Source: Lingula anatina (Eukaryota; Animalia; Brachiopoda). Taken from it: a stretch of 64,000 bases of DNA. Below, one piece after another: positions 36,080 through 50,400 of the stretch. Each line of letters opens with the position of its first letter. The stretch's first letter is position 1. The translations under genes and the position numbers were made by a program. Location of the stretch: contig CM120644.1 in NCBI GenBank assembly GCA_051362555.1, positions 21,536,534 to 21,600,533 on the forward strand, in the 5' to 3' direction. The notes below the pieces were generated by a model. It saw only the letters and a program-made list of their open reading frames with translations. It did no database searches and was not told where the DNA came from.

Positions 36080-39000
36080 GGTGACTTAATTAAAATAGTT
36101 TAACGTTAATAATTTTGTCAAATCTAGTCCAATATTTCTGAAATTTGTGCAAATGATGCTTAACAACAATAAAAATCTGTGATAAGCTGATCAGTTGTCT
36201 GTATTGAATGAAAAGTGTTTTTTAGGACAATATATTTGCAAAAACCAAAAATTACATTGAAAGGACTGGGATTTTGCAGGACTTAAAATAGTTAAACTTT
36301 AATAATTTTGTCAAATCTTGTCCAATATTTCTGAAATTTGTACAAATGATGCTTAACAACAATAAAAATCTGTGATAAGCTGATCAGTTGACTGTGTCTA
36401 ATGAAAAGTGTTTTTTGGAACAACATATTTGGGAGAACTGAAAATTACACTGAAAAGACTGGCAAATCCCAGGATTTAAAATAGTTAAACGTTAATAATT
36501 TTGTCAAATCTTGTGGAATATTTCTGAAATTTGTACAAATGATGCTTAACAATAATAAAAATCTGTGATAAGCTGATCAGTTATCTGAGTCTTTTTTTTA
36601 AGTGTCAAGTGTATGGGAAATTGATCATCAGAAGAGTGAGAATTAACCAAAACAAATATTGCAATATTGCAATGTATCATTTACTCTGAAAGTAAACAGC
36701 ACATGTGATGATTTGAGGTTGTTTGTGTAAGAGGTTGCAAATTACCTATAACTGTCATCTGGAAAACAATATATACCAATACAAGAGTTCTCCTTACTAC
36801 CTCTGCAAGATGCAGATTACTCCTTTCTGGAAGGGGTTGTTGTTATCACAATACTCAACAAGGCCCTAAATCTTGCCAAATATCATGTATTGTACACATG
36901 GAGAAGAAACAGTGCTGCTCTTGGTGGTATCTTTCACTGCCTGCTTTTTTAGCTTTTTCATGGTGAGGGTACTCTGAAACAAGAACAATATAACTGAAAG
37001 GACTGAAAATTACATTTGAAAAGAATGACAAATTCGGTGACTTAATTAAAATAGTTTAACGTTAATAATTTTGTCAAATCTAGTCCAATATTTCTGAAAT
37101 TTGTACAAATGATGCTTAACAACAATAAAAATCTGTGATAAGCTAATCACTTGTCTGTTTCTAATGAAAAGTACTTTTAAGGACAATATATTTGCGAAAA
37201 CCAAAAATAACTTTGAAAAGACAGGGATTTTGCAGGACTTAAAATAGTTAAACTTTAATAATTTTGTCAAATCTTGTCCAATATTTCTGAAATTTGTACA
37301 AATGATGCTTAACAACAATAAAAATCTGTGATAAGCTGATCAGTTGACTGTGTCTAATGAAAAGTGTTTTTTGGAACAATATATTTGGGAGAACTGAAAA
37401 TTACACTGAAAAGACTTGGAAATCACGGGACTTAAAATAGTTAAACGTTAATAATTTTGTCAAATCTTGTCCAATATTTCTGAAATTTGTACAAATGATG
37501 CTTAACAACAATAAAAATCTGTGATAAGCTGATCAGTTGACTGTGTCTAATGAAAAGTGTTTTTTGGAACAATATATTTGGGAGAACTGAAAATTACACT
37601 GAAAAGACTTGGAAATCGCGGGACTTAAAATAGTTAAACGTTAATAATTTTGTCAAATCTTGTCCAATATTTCTGAAATTTGTGCAAATGATGCTTAACA
37701 ACAATAAAAATCTGTGATAAGCTGATCAGTTGTCTGTATTGAATGAAAAGTGTTTTTTAGGACAATATATTTGCAAAAACCAAAAATTACATTGAAAGGA
37801 CTGGGATTTTGCAGGACTTAAAATAGTTAAACTTTAATAATTTTGTCAAATCTTGTCCAATATTTCTGAAATTTGTGCAAATGATGCTTAACAACAATAA
37901 AAATCTGTGATAAGCTGATCAGTTGACCGTGTCTAATGAAAAGTGTTTTTTGGAACAATATATTTGGGAGAACTGAAAATTACACTGAAAAGACTGGGAA
38001 ATCGCGGGCCTTAAAATAGTTAAACGTTAATAATTTTGTCAAATCTTGTCCAATATTTCTGAAATTTGTGCAAATGATGCTTAACAACAATAAAAATTTG
38101 TGATAAGCTGATCATTTGTCTGTGTCTAATGAAAAGTGTTTTTTGGGATAACATATTTGGGAAAAGTGATAATTACATTGAAAAGACTGGCAAATCCCAG
38201 GATTTAAAATAGTTAAACGTTAATAATTTTGTCAAATCTTGTGGAATATTTCTGAAATTTGTACAAATGATGCTTAACAATAATAAAAATCTGTGATAAG
38301 CTGATTAGTTATCTGAGCCTTTTTTTTAAGTGTCAAGTGTATGGGAAATTGATCATCAGAAGAGTGAGAATTAACCAAAACAAATATTTCAATATTGCAA
38401 TGTATCATTTACTCTGAAAGTAAACAGCACATGTGATGATTTGAGGTTGTTTGTGTAAGAGGTTGCAAATTACCTATAACTGTCATCTGGAAAACAATAT
38501 ATACCAATACAAGAGTTCTCCTTACTACCTCTGCAAGATGCAGATTACTCCTTTCTGGAAGGGGTTGTTGTTATCACAATACTCAACAAGGCCCTAAATC
38601 TTGCCAAATATCATGTATTGTACACATGGAGAAGAAACAGTGCTGCTCTTGGTGGTATCTTTCACTGCCTGCTTTTTCAGCTTTTTCATGGTGAGGGTAC
38701 TCTGAAACAAGAACAATATAACTGAAATGACTGAAAATTACATTTGAAAAGAATGACAAATTCGGTGACTTAATTAAAATAGTTAAACGTTAATAATTTT
38801 GTCAAATCTTGTCCAATATTTCTGAAATTTGTGCAAATGATGCTTAACAACAATAAAAATCTGTGATAAGCTGATCAGTTGTCTGTATTGAATGAAAAGT
38901 GTTTTTTAGGACAATATATTTGCGAAAACCAAAAATAACTTTGAAAAGACAGGGATTTTGCAGGACTTAAAATAGTTAAACGTTAATAATTTTGTCAAAT

Positions 39001-42000
39001 CTTGTCCAATATTTCTGAAATTTGTACAAATGATGCTTAACAACAATAAAAATCTGTGATAAGCTGATCAGTTGACTGTGTCTAATGAGAAGTGTTTTTT
39101 GGAACAATATATTTGGGAGAACTGAAAATTACACTGAAAAGACTTGGAAATCGCGGGACTTAAAATAGTTAAACGTTAATAATTTTGTCAAATCTTGTCC
39201 AATATTTCTGAAATTTGTGCAAATGATGCTTAACAACAATAAAAATCTGTGATAAGCTGATCAGTTGTCTGTATTGAATGAAAAGTGTTTTTTAGGACAA
39301 TATATTTGCAAAACCAAAAATTACATTGAAAGGACTGGGATTTTGCAGGACTTAAAATAGTTAAACTTTAATAATTTTGTCAAATCTTGTCCAATATTTC
39401 TGAAATTTGTGCAAATGATGCTTAACAACAATAAAAATCTGTGATAAGCTGATCAGTTGACTGTGTCTAATGAAAAGTGTTTTTTGGAACAACATATTTG
39501 GGAGAACTGAAAATTACACTGAAAAGACTTGGAAATCGCGGGACTTAAAATAGTTAAACGTTAATAATTTTGTCAAATCTTGTCCAATATTTCTGAAATT
39601 TGTGCAAATGATGCTTAACAACAATAAAAATCTGTGATAAGCTGATCAGTTGTCTGTATTGAATGAAAAGTGTTTTTTAGGACAATATATTTGCAAAAAC
39701 CAAAAATTACATTGAAAGGACTGGGATTTTGCGGGACTTAAAATAGTTAAACTTTAATAATTTTGTCAAATCTTGTCCAATATTTCTGAAATTTGTGCAA
39801 ATGATGCTTAACAACAATAAAAATCTGTGATAAGCTGATCAGTTGACCGTGTCTAATGAAAAGTGTTTTTTGGAACAATATATTTGGGAGAACTGAAAAT
39901 TACACTGAAAAGACTGGGAAATCGCGGGACTTAAAATAGTTAAACGTTAATAATTTTGTCAAATCTTGTCCAATATTTCTGAAATTTGTGCAAATGATGC
40001 TTAACAACAATAAAAATTTGTGATAAGCTGATCATTTGTCTGTGTCTAATGAAAAGTGTTTTTTGGGATAACATATTTGGGAAAAGTGATAATTACATTG
40101 AAAAGACTGGCAAATCCCAGGATTTAAAATAGTTAAACGTTAATAATTTTGTCAAATCTTGTGGAATATTTCTGAAATTTGTACAAATGATGCTTAACAA
40201 TAATAAAAATCTGTGATAAGCTGATTAGTTATCTGAGCCTTTTTTTTAAGTGTCAAGTGTATGGGAAATTGATCATCAGAAGAGTGAGAATTAACCAAAA
40301 CAAATATTTCAATATTGCAATGTATCATTTACTCTGAAAGTAAACAGCACATGTGATGATTTGAGGTTGTTTGTGTAAGAGGTTGCAAATTACCTATAAC
40401 TGTCATCTGGAAAACAATATATACCAATACAAGAGTTCTCCTTACTACCTCTGCAAGATGCAGATTACTCCTTTCTGGAAGGGGTTGTTGTTATCACAAT
40501 ACTCAACAAGGCCCTAAATCTTGCCAAATATCATGTATTGTACACATGGAGAAGAAACAGTGCTGCTCTTGGTGGTATCTTTCACTGCCTGCTTTTTCAG
40601 CTTTTTCATGGTGAGGGTACTCTGAAACAAGAACAATATAACTGAAAGGACTGAAAATTACATTTGAAAAGAATGACAAATTCGGTGACTTAATTAAAAT
40701 AGTTTAACGTTAATAATTTTGTCAAATCTTGTCCAATATTTCTGAAATTTGTACAAATGATGCTTAACAACAATAAAAATCTGTGATAAGCTGATCACTT
40801 GTCTGTTTCTAATGAAAAGTACTTTTAAGGACAATATATTTGCGAAAACCAAAAATAACTTTGAAAAGACAGGGATTTTGCAGGACTTAAAATAGTTAAA
40901 CGTTAATAATTTTGTCAAATCTTGTCCAATATTTCTGAAATTTGTGCAAATGATGCTTAACAACAATAAAAATCTGTGATAAGCTGATCAGTTGACTGTG
41001 TCTAATGAAAAGTGTTTTTTGGAACAATATATTTGGGAGAACTGAAAATTACACTGAAAAGACTTGGAAATCGCGGGACTTAAAATAGTTAAACGTTAAT
41101 AATTTTGTCAAATCTTGTCCAATATTTCTGAAATTTGTGCAAATGATGCTTAACAACAATAAAAATCTGTGATAAGCTGATCAGTTGTCTGTATTGAATG
41201 AAAAGTGTTTTTTAGGACAATATATTTGCAAAAACCAAAAATTACATTGAAAGGACTGGGATTTTGCAGGACTTAAAATAGTTAAACTTTAATAATTTTG
41301 TCAAATCTTGTCCAATATTTCTGAAATTTGTACAAATGATGCTTAACAACAATAAAAATCTGTGATAAGCTGATCAGTTGACTGTGTCTAATGAAAAGTG
41401 TTTTTTTGGAACAATATATTTAGGAGAACTGAAAATTACACTGAAAAGACTTGGAAATCGCGGGACTTAAAATAGTTAAACGTTAATAATTTTGTCAAAT
41501 CTTGTCCAATATTTCTGAAATTTGTGCAAATGATGCTTAACAACAATAAAAATCTGTGATAAGCTGATCAGTTGACTGTGTCTAATGAAAAGTGTTTTTT
41601 TGGAACAATATATTTAGGAGAACTGAAAATTACACTGAAAAGACTTGGAAATCGCGGGACTTAAAATAGTTAAACGTTAATAATTTTGTCAAATCTTGTC
41701 CAATATTTCTGAAATTTGTGCAAATGATGCTTAACAACAATAAAAATCTGTGATAAGCTGATCAGTTGTCTGTATTGAATGAAAAGTGTTTTTTAGGACA
41801 ATATATTTGCGAAAACCAAAAATAACTTTGAAAAGACAGGGATTTTGCAGGACTTAAAATAGTTAAACGTTAATAATTTTGTCAAATCTTGTCCAATATT
41901 TCTGAAATTTGTACAAATGATGCTTAACAACAATAAAAATCTGTGATAAGCTGATCAGTTGACTGTGTCTAATGAGAAGTGTTTTTTGGAACAATATATT

Positions 42001-43185
42001 TGGGAGAACTGAAAATTACACTGAAAAGACTTGGAAATCGCGGGACTTAAAATAGTTAAACGTTAATAATTTTGTCAAATCTTGTCCAATATTTCTGAAA
42101 TTTGTGCAAATGATGCTTAACAACAATAAAAATCTGTGATAAGCTGATCAGTTGTCTGTATTGAATGAAAAGTGTTTTTTAGGACAATATATTTGCAAAA
42201 ACCAAAAATTACATTGAAAGGACTGGGATTTTGCAGGACTTAAAATAGTTAAACTTTAATAATTTTGTCAAATCTTGTCCAATATTTCTGAAATTTGTGC
42301 AAATGATGCTTAACAACAATAAAAATCTGTGATAAGCTGATCAGTTGACCGTGTCTAATGAAAAGTGTTTTTTGGAACAATATATTTGGGAGAACTGAAA
42401 ATTACACTGAAAAGACTGGGAAATCGCGGGCCTTAAAATAGTTAAACGTTAATAATTTTGTCAAATCTTGTCCAATATTTCTGAAATTTGTGCAAATGAT
42501 GCTTAACAACAATAAAAATTTGTGATAAGCTGATCATTTGTCTGTGTCTAATGAAAAGTGTTTTTTGGGATAACATATTTGGGAAAAGTGATAATTACAT
42601 TGAAAAGACTGGCAAATCCCAGGATTTAAAATAGTTAAACGTTAATAATTTTGTCAAATCTTGTGGAATATTTCTGAAATTTGTACAAATGATGCTTAAC
42701 AATAATAAAAATCTGTGATAAGCTGATTAGTTATCTGAGCCTTTTTTTTAAGTGTCAAGTGTATGGGAAATTGATCATCAGAAGAGTGAGAATTAACCAA
42801 AACAAATATTTCAATATTGCAATGTATCATTTACTCTGAAAGTAAACAGCACATGTGATGATTTGAGGTTGTTTGTGTAAGAGGTTGCAAATTACCTATA
42901 ACTGTCATCTGGAAAACAATATATACCAATACAAGAGTTCTCCTTACTACCTCTGCAAGATGCAGATTACTCCTTTCTGGAAGGGGTTGTTGTTATCACA
43001 ATACTCAACAAGGCCCTAAATCTTGCCAAATATCATGTATTGTACACATGGAGAAGAAACAGTGCTGCTCTTGGTGGTATCTTTCACTGCCTGCTTTTTC
43101 AGCTTTTTCATGGTGAGGGTACTCTGAAACAAGAACAATATAACTGAAAGGACTGAAAATTACATTTGAAAAGAATGACAAATTC

Positions 43186-46100
43186 GGTGACTTAATTAAA
43201 ATAGTTTAACGTTAATAATTTTGTCAAATCTAGTCCAATATTTCTGAAATTTGTACAAATGATGCTTAACAACAATAAAAATCTGTCATAAGCTAATCAC
43301 TTGTCTGTTTCTAATGAAAAGTACTTTTAAGGACAATATATTTGCGAAAACCAAAAATAACTTTGAAAAGACAGGGATTTTGCAGGACTTAAAATAGTTA
43401 AACGTTAATAATTTTGTCAAATCTTGTCCAATATTTCTGAAATTTGTACAAATGATGCTTAACAACAATAAAAATCTGTGATAAGCTGATCAGTTGACTG
43501 TGTCTAATGAAAAGTGTTTTTTGGAACAATATATTAGGGAGAACTGAAAATTACACTGAAAAGACTGGGAAATCGCGGGACTTAAAATAGTTAAACTTTA
43601 ATAATTTTGTCAAATCTTGTCCAATATTTCTGAAATTTGTGCAAATGATGCTTAACAACAATTAGAATCTGTGATAAGCTGATCAGTTGTCTGTATTGAA
43701 TGAAAAGTGTTTTTTAGGACAATATATTTGCAAAAACCAAAAATTACATTGAAAGGACTGGGATTTTGCAGGACTTAAAATAGTTAAACTTTAATAATTT
43801 TGTCAAATCTTGTCCAATATTTCTGAAATTTGTACAAATGATGCTTAACAACAATAAAAATCTGTGATAAGCTGATCAGTTGACTGTGTCTAATGAAAAG
43901 TGTTTTTTGGAACAATATATTTGGGAGAACTGAAAATTACACTGAAAAGACTTGGAAATCTCGGGACTTAAAATAGTTAAACGTTAATAATTTTGTCAAA
44001 TCTTGTCCAATATTTCTGAAATTTGTACAAATGATGCTTAACAACAATAAAAATCTGTGATAAGCTGATCAGTTGACTGTGTCTAATGAAAAGTGTTTTT
44101 TGGAACAATATATTTGGGAGAACTGAAAATTACACTGAAAAGACTTGGAAATCGCGGGACTTAAAATAGTTAAACGTTAATAATTTTGTCAAATCTTGTC
44201 CAATATTTCTGAAATTTGTGCAAATGATGCTTAACAACAATAAAAATCTGTGATAAGCTGATCAGTTGTCTGTATTGAATGAAAAGTGTTTTTTAGGACA
44301 ATATATTTGCAAAAACCAAAAATTACATTGAAAGGACTGGGATTTTGCAGGACTTAAAATAGTTAAACTTTAATAATTTTGTCAAATCTTGTCCAATATT
44401 TCTGAAATTTGTGCAAATGATGCTTAACAACAATAAAAATCTGTGATAAGCTGATCAGTTGACCGTGTCTAATGAAAAGTGTTTTTTGGAACAATATATT
44501 TGGGAGAACTGAAAATTACACTGAAAAGACTGGGAAATCGCGGGCCTTAAAATAGTTAAACGTTAATAATTTTGTCAAATCTTGTCCAATATTTCTGAAA
44601 TTTGTGCAAATGATGCTTAACAACAATAAAAATCTGTGATAAGCTGATCATTTGTCTGTGTCTAATGAAAAGTGTTTTTTGGGATAACATATTTGGGAAA
44701 AGTGATAATTACATTGAAAAGACTGGCAAATCCCAGGATTTAAAATAGTTAAACGTTAATAATTTTGTCAAATCTTGTGGAATATTTCTGAAATTTGTAC
44801 AAATGATGCTTAACAATAATAAAAATCTGTGATAAGCTGATTAGTTATCTGAGCCTTTTTTTTAAGTGTCAAGTGTATGGGAAATTGATCATCAGAAGAG
44901 TGAGAATTAACCAAAGCAAATATTTCAATATTGCAATGTATCATTTACTCTGAAAGTAAACAGCACATGTGATGATTTGAGGTTGTTTGTGTAAGAGGTT
45001 GCAAATTACCTATAACTGTCATCTGGAAAACAATATATACCAATACAAGAGTTCTCCTTACTACCTCTGCAAGATGCAGATTACTCCTTTCTGGAAGGGG
45101 TTGTTGTTATCACAATACTCAACAAGGCCCTAAATCTTGCCAAATATCATGTATTGTACACATGGAGAAGAAACAGTGCTGCTCTTGGTGGTATCTTTCA
45201 CTGCCTGCTTTTTCAGCTTTTTCATGGTGAGGGTACTCTGAAACAAGAACAATATAACTGAAAGGACTGAAAATTACATTTGAAAAGAATGACAAATTCG
45301 GTGACTTAATTAAAATAGTTTAACGTTAATAATTTTGTCAAATCTAGTCCAATATTTCTGAAATTTGTACAAATGATGCTTAACAACAATAAAAATCTGT
45401 CATAAGCTAATCACTTGTCTGTTTCTAATGAAAAGTACTTTTAAGGACAATATATTTGCGAAAACCAAAAATAACTTTGAAAAGACAGGGATTTTGCAGG
45501 ACTTAAAATAGTTAAACGTTAATAATTTTGTCAAATCTTGTCCAATATTTCTGAAATTTGTACAAATGATGCTTAACAACAATAAAAATCTGTGATAAGC
45601 TGATCAGTTGACTGTGTCTAATGAAAAGTGTTTTTTGGAACAATATATTAGGGAGAACTGAAAATTACACTGAAAAGACTGGGAAATCGCGGGACTTAAA
45701 ATAGTTAAACTTTAATAATTTTGTCAAATCTTGTCCAATATTTCTGAAATTTGTGCAAATGATGCTTAACAACAATTAGAATCTGTGATAAGCTGATCAG
45801 TTGTCTGTATTGAATGAAAAGTGTTTTTTAGGACAATATATTTGCAAAAACCAAAAATTACATTGAAAGGACTGGGATTTTGCAGGACTTAAAATAGTTA
45901 AACTTTAATAATTTTGTCAAATCTTGTCCAATATTTCTGAAATTTGTACAAATGATGCTTAACAACAATAAAAATCTGTGATAAGCTGATCAGTTGACTG
46001 TGTCTAATGAAAAGTGTTTTTTGGAACAATATATTTGGGAGAACTGAAAATTACACTGAAAAGACTTGGAAATCTCGGGACTTAAAATAGTTAAACGTTA

Positions 46101-47413
46101 ATAATTTTGTCAAATCTTGTCCAATATTTCTGAAATTTGTACAAATGATGCTTAACAACAATAAAAATCTGTGATAAGCTGATCAGTTGACTGTGTCTAA
46201 TGAAAAGTGTTTTTTGGAACAATATATTTGGGAGAACTGAAAATTACACTGAAAAGACTTGGAAATCGCGGGACTTAAAATAGTTAAACGTTAATAATTT
46301 TGTCAAATCTTGTCCAATATTTCTGAAATTTGTGCAAATGATGCTTAACAACAATAAAAATCTGTGATAAGCTGATCAGTTGTCTGTATTGAATGAAAAG
46401 TGTTTTTTAGGACAATATATTTGCAAAAACCAAAAATTACATTGAAAGGACTGGGATTTTGCAGGACTTAAAATAGTTAAACTTTAATAATTTTGTCAAA
46501 TCTTGTCCAATATTTCTGAAATTTGTGCAAATGATGCTTAACAACAATAAAAATCTGTGATAAGCTGATCAGTTGACCGTGTCTAATGAAAAGTGTTTTT
46601 TGGAACAATATATTTGGGAGAACTGAAAATTACACTGAAAAGACTGGGAAATCGCGGGCCTTAAAATAGTTAAACGTTAATAATTTTGTCAAATCTTGTC
46701 CAATATTTCTGAAATTTGTGCAAATGATGCTTAACAACAATAAAAATCTGTGATAAGCTGATCATTTGTCTGTGTCTAATGAAAAGTGTTTTTTGGGATA
46801 ACATATTTGGGAAAAGTGATAATTACATTGAAAAGACTGGCAAATCCCAGGATTTAAAATAGTTAAACGTTAATAATTTTGTCAAATCTTGTGGAATATT
46901 TCTGAAATTTGTACAAATGATGCTTAACAATAATAAAAATCTGTGATAAGCTGATTAGTTATCTGAGCCTTTTTTTTAAGTGTCAAGTGTATGGGAAATT
47001 GATCATCAGAAGAGTGAGAATTAACCAAAGCAAATATTTCAATATTGCAATGTATCATTTACTCTGAAAGTAAACAGCACATGTGATGATTTGAGGTTGT
47101 TTGTGTAAGAGGTTGCAAATTACCTATAACTGTCATCTGGAAAACAATATATACCAATACAAGAGTTCTCCTTACTACCTCTGCAAGATGCAGATTACTC
47201 CTTTCTGGAAGGGGTTGTTGTTATCACAATACTCAACAAGGCCCTAAATCTTGCCAAATATCATGTATTGTACACATGGAGAAGAAACAGTGCTGCTCTT
47301 GGTGGTATCTTTCACTGCCTGCTTTTTCAGCTTTTTCATGGTGAGGGTACTCTGAAACAAGAACAATATAACTGAAAGGACTGAAAATTACATTTGAAAA
47401 GAATGACAAATTC
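43186..47413. repeat. Tandem duplication of a 2114-bp unit
   Basis: Starts at 43186 and 45300. Both copies share the private variants TGTCATAAGCTAA, CAATTAGAATC, AATCTCGGGA and CCAAAGCAAAT. Confidence 0.92.
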
Positions 47414-50400
47414 GGTGACTTAATTAAAATAGTTTAACGTTAATAATTTTGTCAAATCTAGTCCAATATTTCTGAAATTTGTGCAAATGATGCTTAACAA
47501 CAATAAAAATCTGTGATAAGCTGATCAGTTGTCTGTATTGAATGAAAAGTGTTTTTTAGGACAATATATTTGCAAAAACCAAAAATTACATTGAAAGGAC
47601 TGGGATTTTGCAGGACTTAAAATAGTTAAACTTTAATAATTTTGTCAAATCTTGTCCAATATTTCTGAAATTTGTACAAATGATGCTTAACAACAATAAA
47701 AATCTGTGATAAGCTGATCAGTTGACTGTGTCTAATGAAAAGTGTTTTTTGGAACAACATATTTGGGAGAACTGAAAATTACACTGAAAAGACTGGCAAA
47801 TCCCAGGATTTAAAATAGTTAAACGTTAATAATTTTGTCAAATCTTGTGGAATATTTCTGAAATTTGTACAAATGATGCTTAACAATAATAAAAATCTGT
47901 GATAAGCTGATCAGTTATCTGAGTCTTTTTTTTAAGTGTCAAGTGTATGGGAAATTGATCATCAGAAGAGTGAGAATTAACCAAAACAAATATTTCAATA
48001 TTGCAATGTATCATTTACTCTGAAAGTAAACAGCACATGTGATGATTTGAGGTTGTTTGTGTAAGAGGTTGCAAATTACCTATAACTGTCATCTGGAAAA
48101 CAATATATACCAATACAAGAGTTCTCCTTACTACCTCTGCAAGATGCAGATTACTCCTTTCTGGAAGGGGTTGTTGTTATCACAATACTCAACAAGGCCC
48201 TAAATCTTGCCAAATATCATGTATTGTACACATGGAGAAGAAACAGTGCTGCTCTTGGTGGTATCTTTCACTGCCTGCTTTTTCAGCTTTTTCATGGTGA
48301 GGGTACTCTGAAACAAGAACAATATAACTGAAAGGACTGAAAATTACATTTGAAAAGAATGACAAATTCGGTGACTTAATTAAAATAGTTTAACGTTAAT
48401 AATTTTGTCAAATCTAGTCCAATATTTCTGAAATTTGTACAAATGATGCTTAACAACAATAAAAATCTGTGATAAGCTAATCACTTGTCTGTTTCTAATG
48501 AAAAGTACTTTTAAGGACAATATATTTGCGAAAACCAAAAATAACTTTGAAAAGACAGGGATTTTGCAGGACTTAAAATAGTTAAACTTTAATAATTTTG
48601 TCAAATCTTGTCCAATATTTCTGAAATTTGTACAAATGATGCTTAACAACAATAAAAATCTGTGATAAGCTGATCAGTTGACTGTGTCTAATGAAAAGTG
48701 TTTTTTGGAACAATATATTTGGGAGAACTGAAAATTACACTGAAAAGACTTGGAAATCGCGGGACTTAAAATAGTTAAACGTTAATAATTTTGTCAAATC
48801 TTGTCCAATATTTCTGAAATTTGTACAAATGATGCTTAACAACAATAAAAATCTGTGATAAGCTGATCAGTTGACTGTGTCTAATGAAAAGTGTTTTTTG
48901 GAACAATATATTTGGGAGAACTGAAAATTACACTGAAAAGACTTGGAAATCGCGGGACTTAAAATAGTTAAACGTTAATAATTTTGTCAAATCTTGTCCA
49001 ATATTTCTGAAATTTGTGCAAATGATGCTTAACAACAATAAAAATCTGTGATAAGCTGATCAGTTGTCTGTATTGAATGAAAAGTGTTTTTTAGGACAAT
49101 ATATTTGCAAAAACCAAAAATTACATTGAAAGGACTGGGATTTTGCAGGACTTAAAATAGTTAAACTTTAATAATTTTGTCAAATCTTGTCCAATATTTC
49201 TGAAATTTGTGCAAATGATGCTTAACAACAATAAAAATCTGTGATAAGCTGATCAGTTGACCGTGTCTAATGAAAAGTGTTTTTTGGAACAATATATTTG
49301 GGAGAACTGAAAATTACACTGAAAAGACTGGGAAATCGCGGGCCTTAAAATAGTTAAACGTTAATAATTTTGTCAAATCTTGTCCAATATTTCTGAAATT
49401 TGTGCAAATGATGCTTAACAACAATAAAAATTTGTGATAAGCTGATCATTTGTCTGTGTCTAATGAAAAGTGTTTTTTGGGATAACATATTTGGGAAAAG
49501 TGATAATTACATTGAAAAGACTGGCAAATCCCAGGATTTAAAATAGTTAAACGTTAATAATTTTGTCAAATCTTGTGGAATATTTCTGAAATTTGTACAA
49601 ATGATGCTTAACAATAATAAAAATCTGTGATAAGCTGATTAGTTATCTGAGCCTTTTTTTTAAGTGTCAAGTGTATGGGAAATTGATCATCAGAAGAGTG
49701 AGAATTAACCAAAACAAATATTTCAATATTGCAATGTATCATTTACTCTGAAAGTAAACAGCACATGTGATGATTTGAGGTTGTTTGTGTAAGAGGTTGC
49801 AAATTACCTATAACTGTCATCTGGAAAACAATATATACCAATACAAGAGTTCTCCTTACTACCTCTGCAAGATGCAGATTACTCCTTTCTGGAAGGGGTT
49901 GTTGTTATCACAATACTCAACAAGGCCCTAAATCTTGCCAAATATCATGTATTGTACACATGGAGAAGAAACAGTGCTGCTCTTGGTGGTATCTTTCACT
50001 GCCTGCTTTTTCAGCTTTTTCATGGTGAGGGTACTCTGAAACAAGAACAATATAACTGAAATGACTGAAAATTACATTTGAAAAGAATGACAAATTCGGT
50101 GACTTAATTAAAATAGTTAAACGTTAATAATTTTGTCAAATCTTGTCCAATATTTCTGAAATTTGTGCAAATGATGCTTAACAACAATAAAAATCTGTGA
50201 TAAGCTGATCAGTTGTCTGTATTGAATGAAAAGTGTTTTTTAGGACAATATATTTGCGAAAACCAAAAATAACTTTGAAAAGACAGGGATTTTGCAGGAC
50301 TTAAAATAGTTAAACGTTAATAATTTTGTCAAATCTTGTCCAATATTTCTGAAATTTGTACAAATGATGCTTAACAACAATAAAAATCTGTGATAAGCTG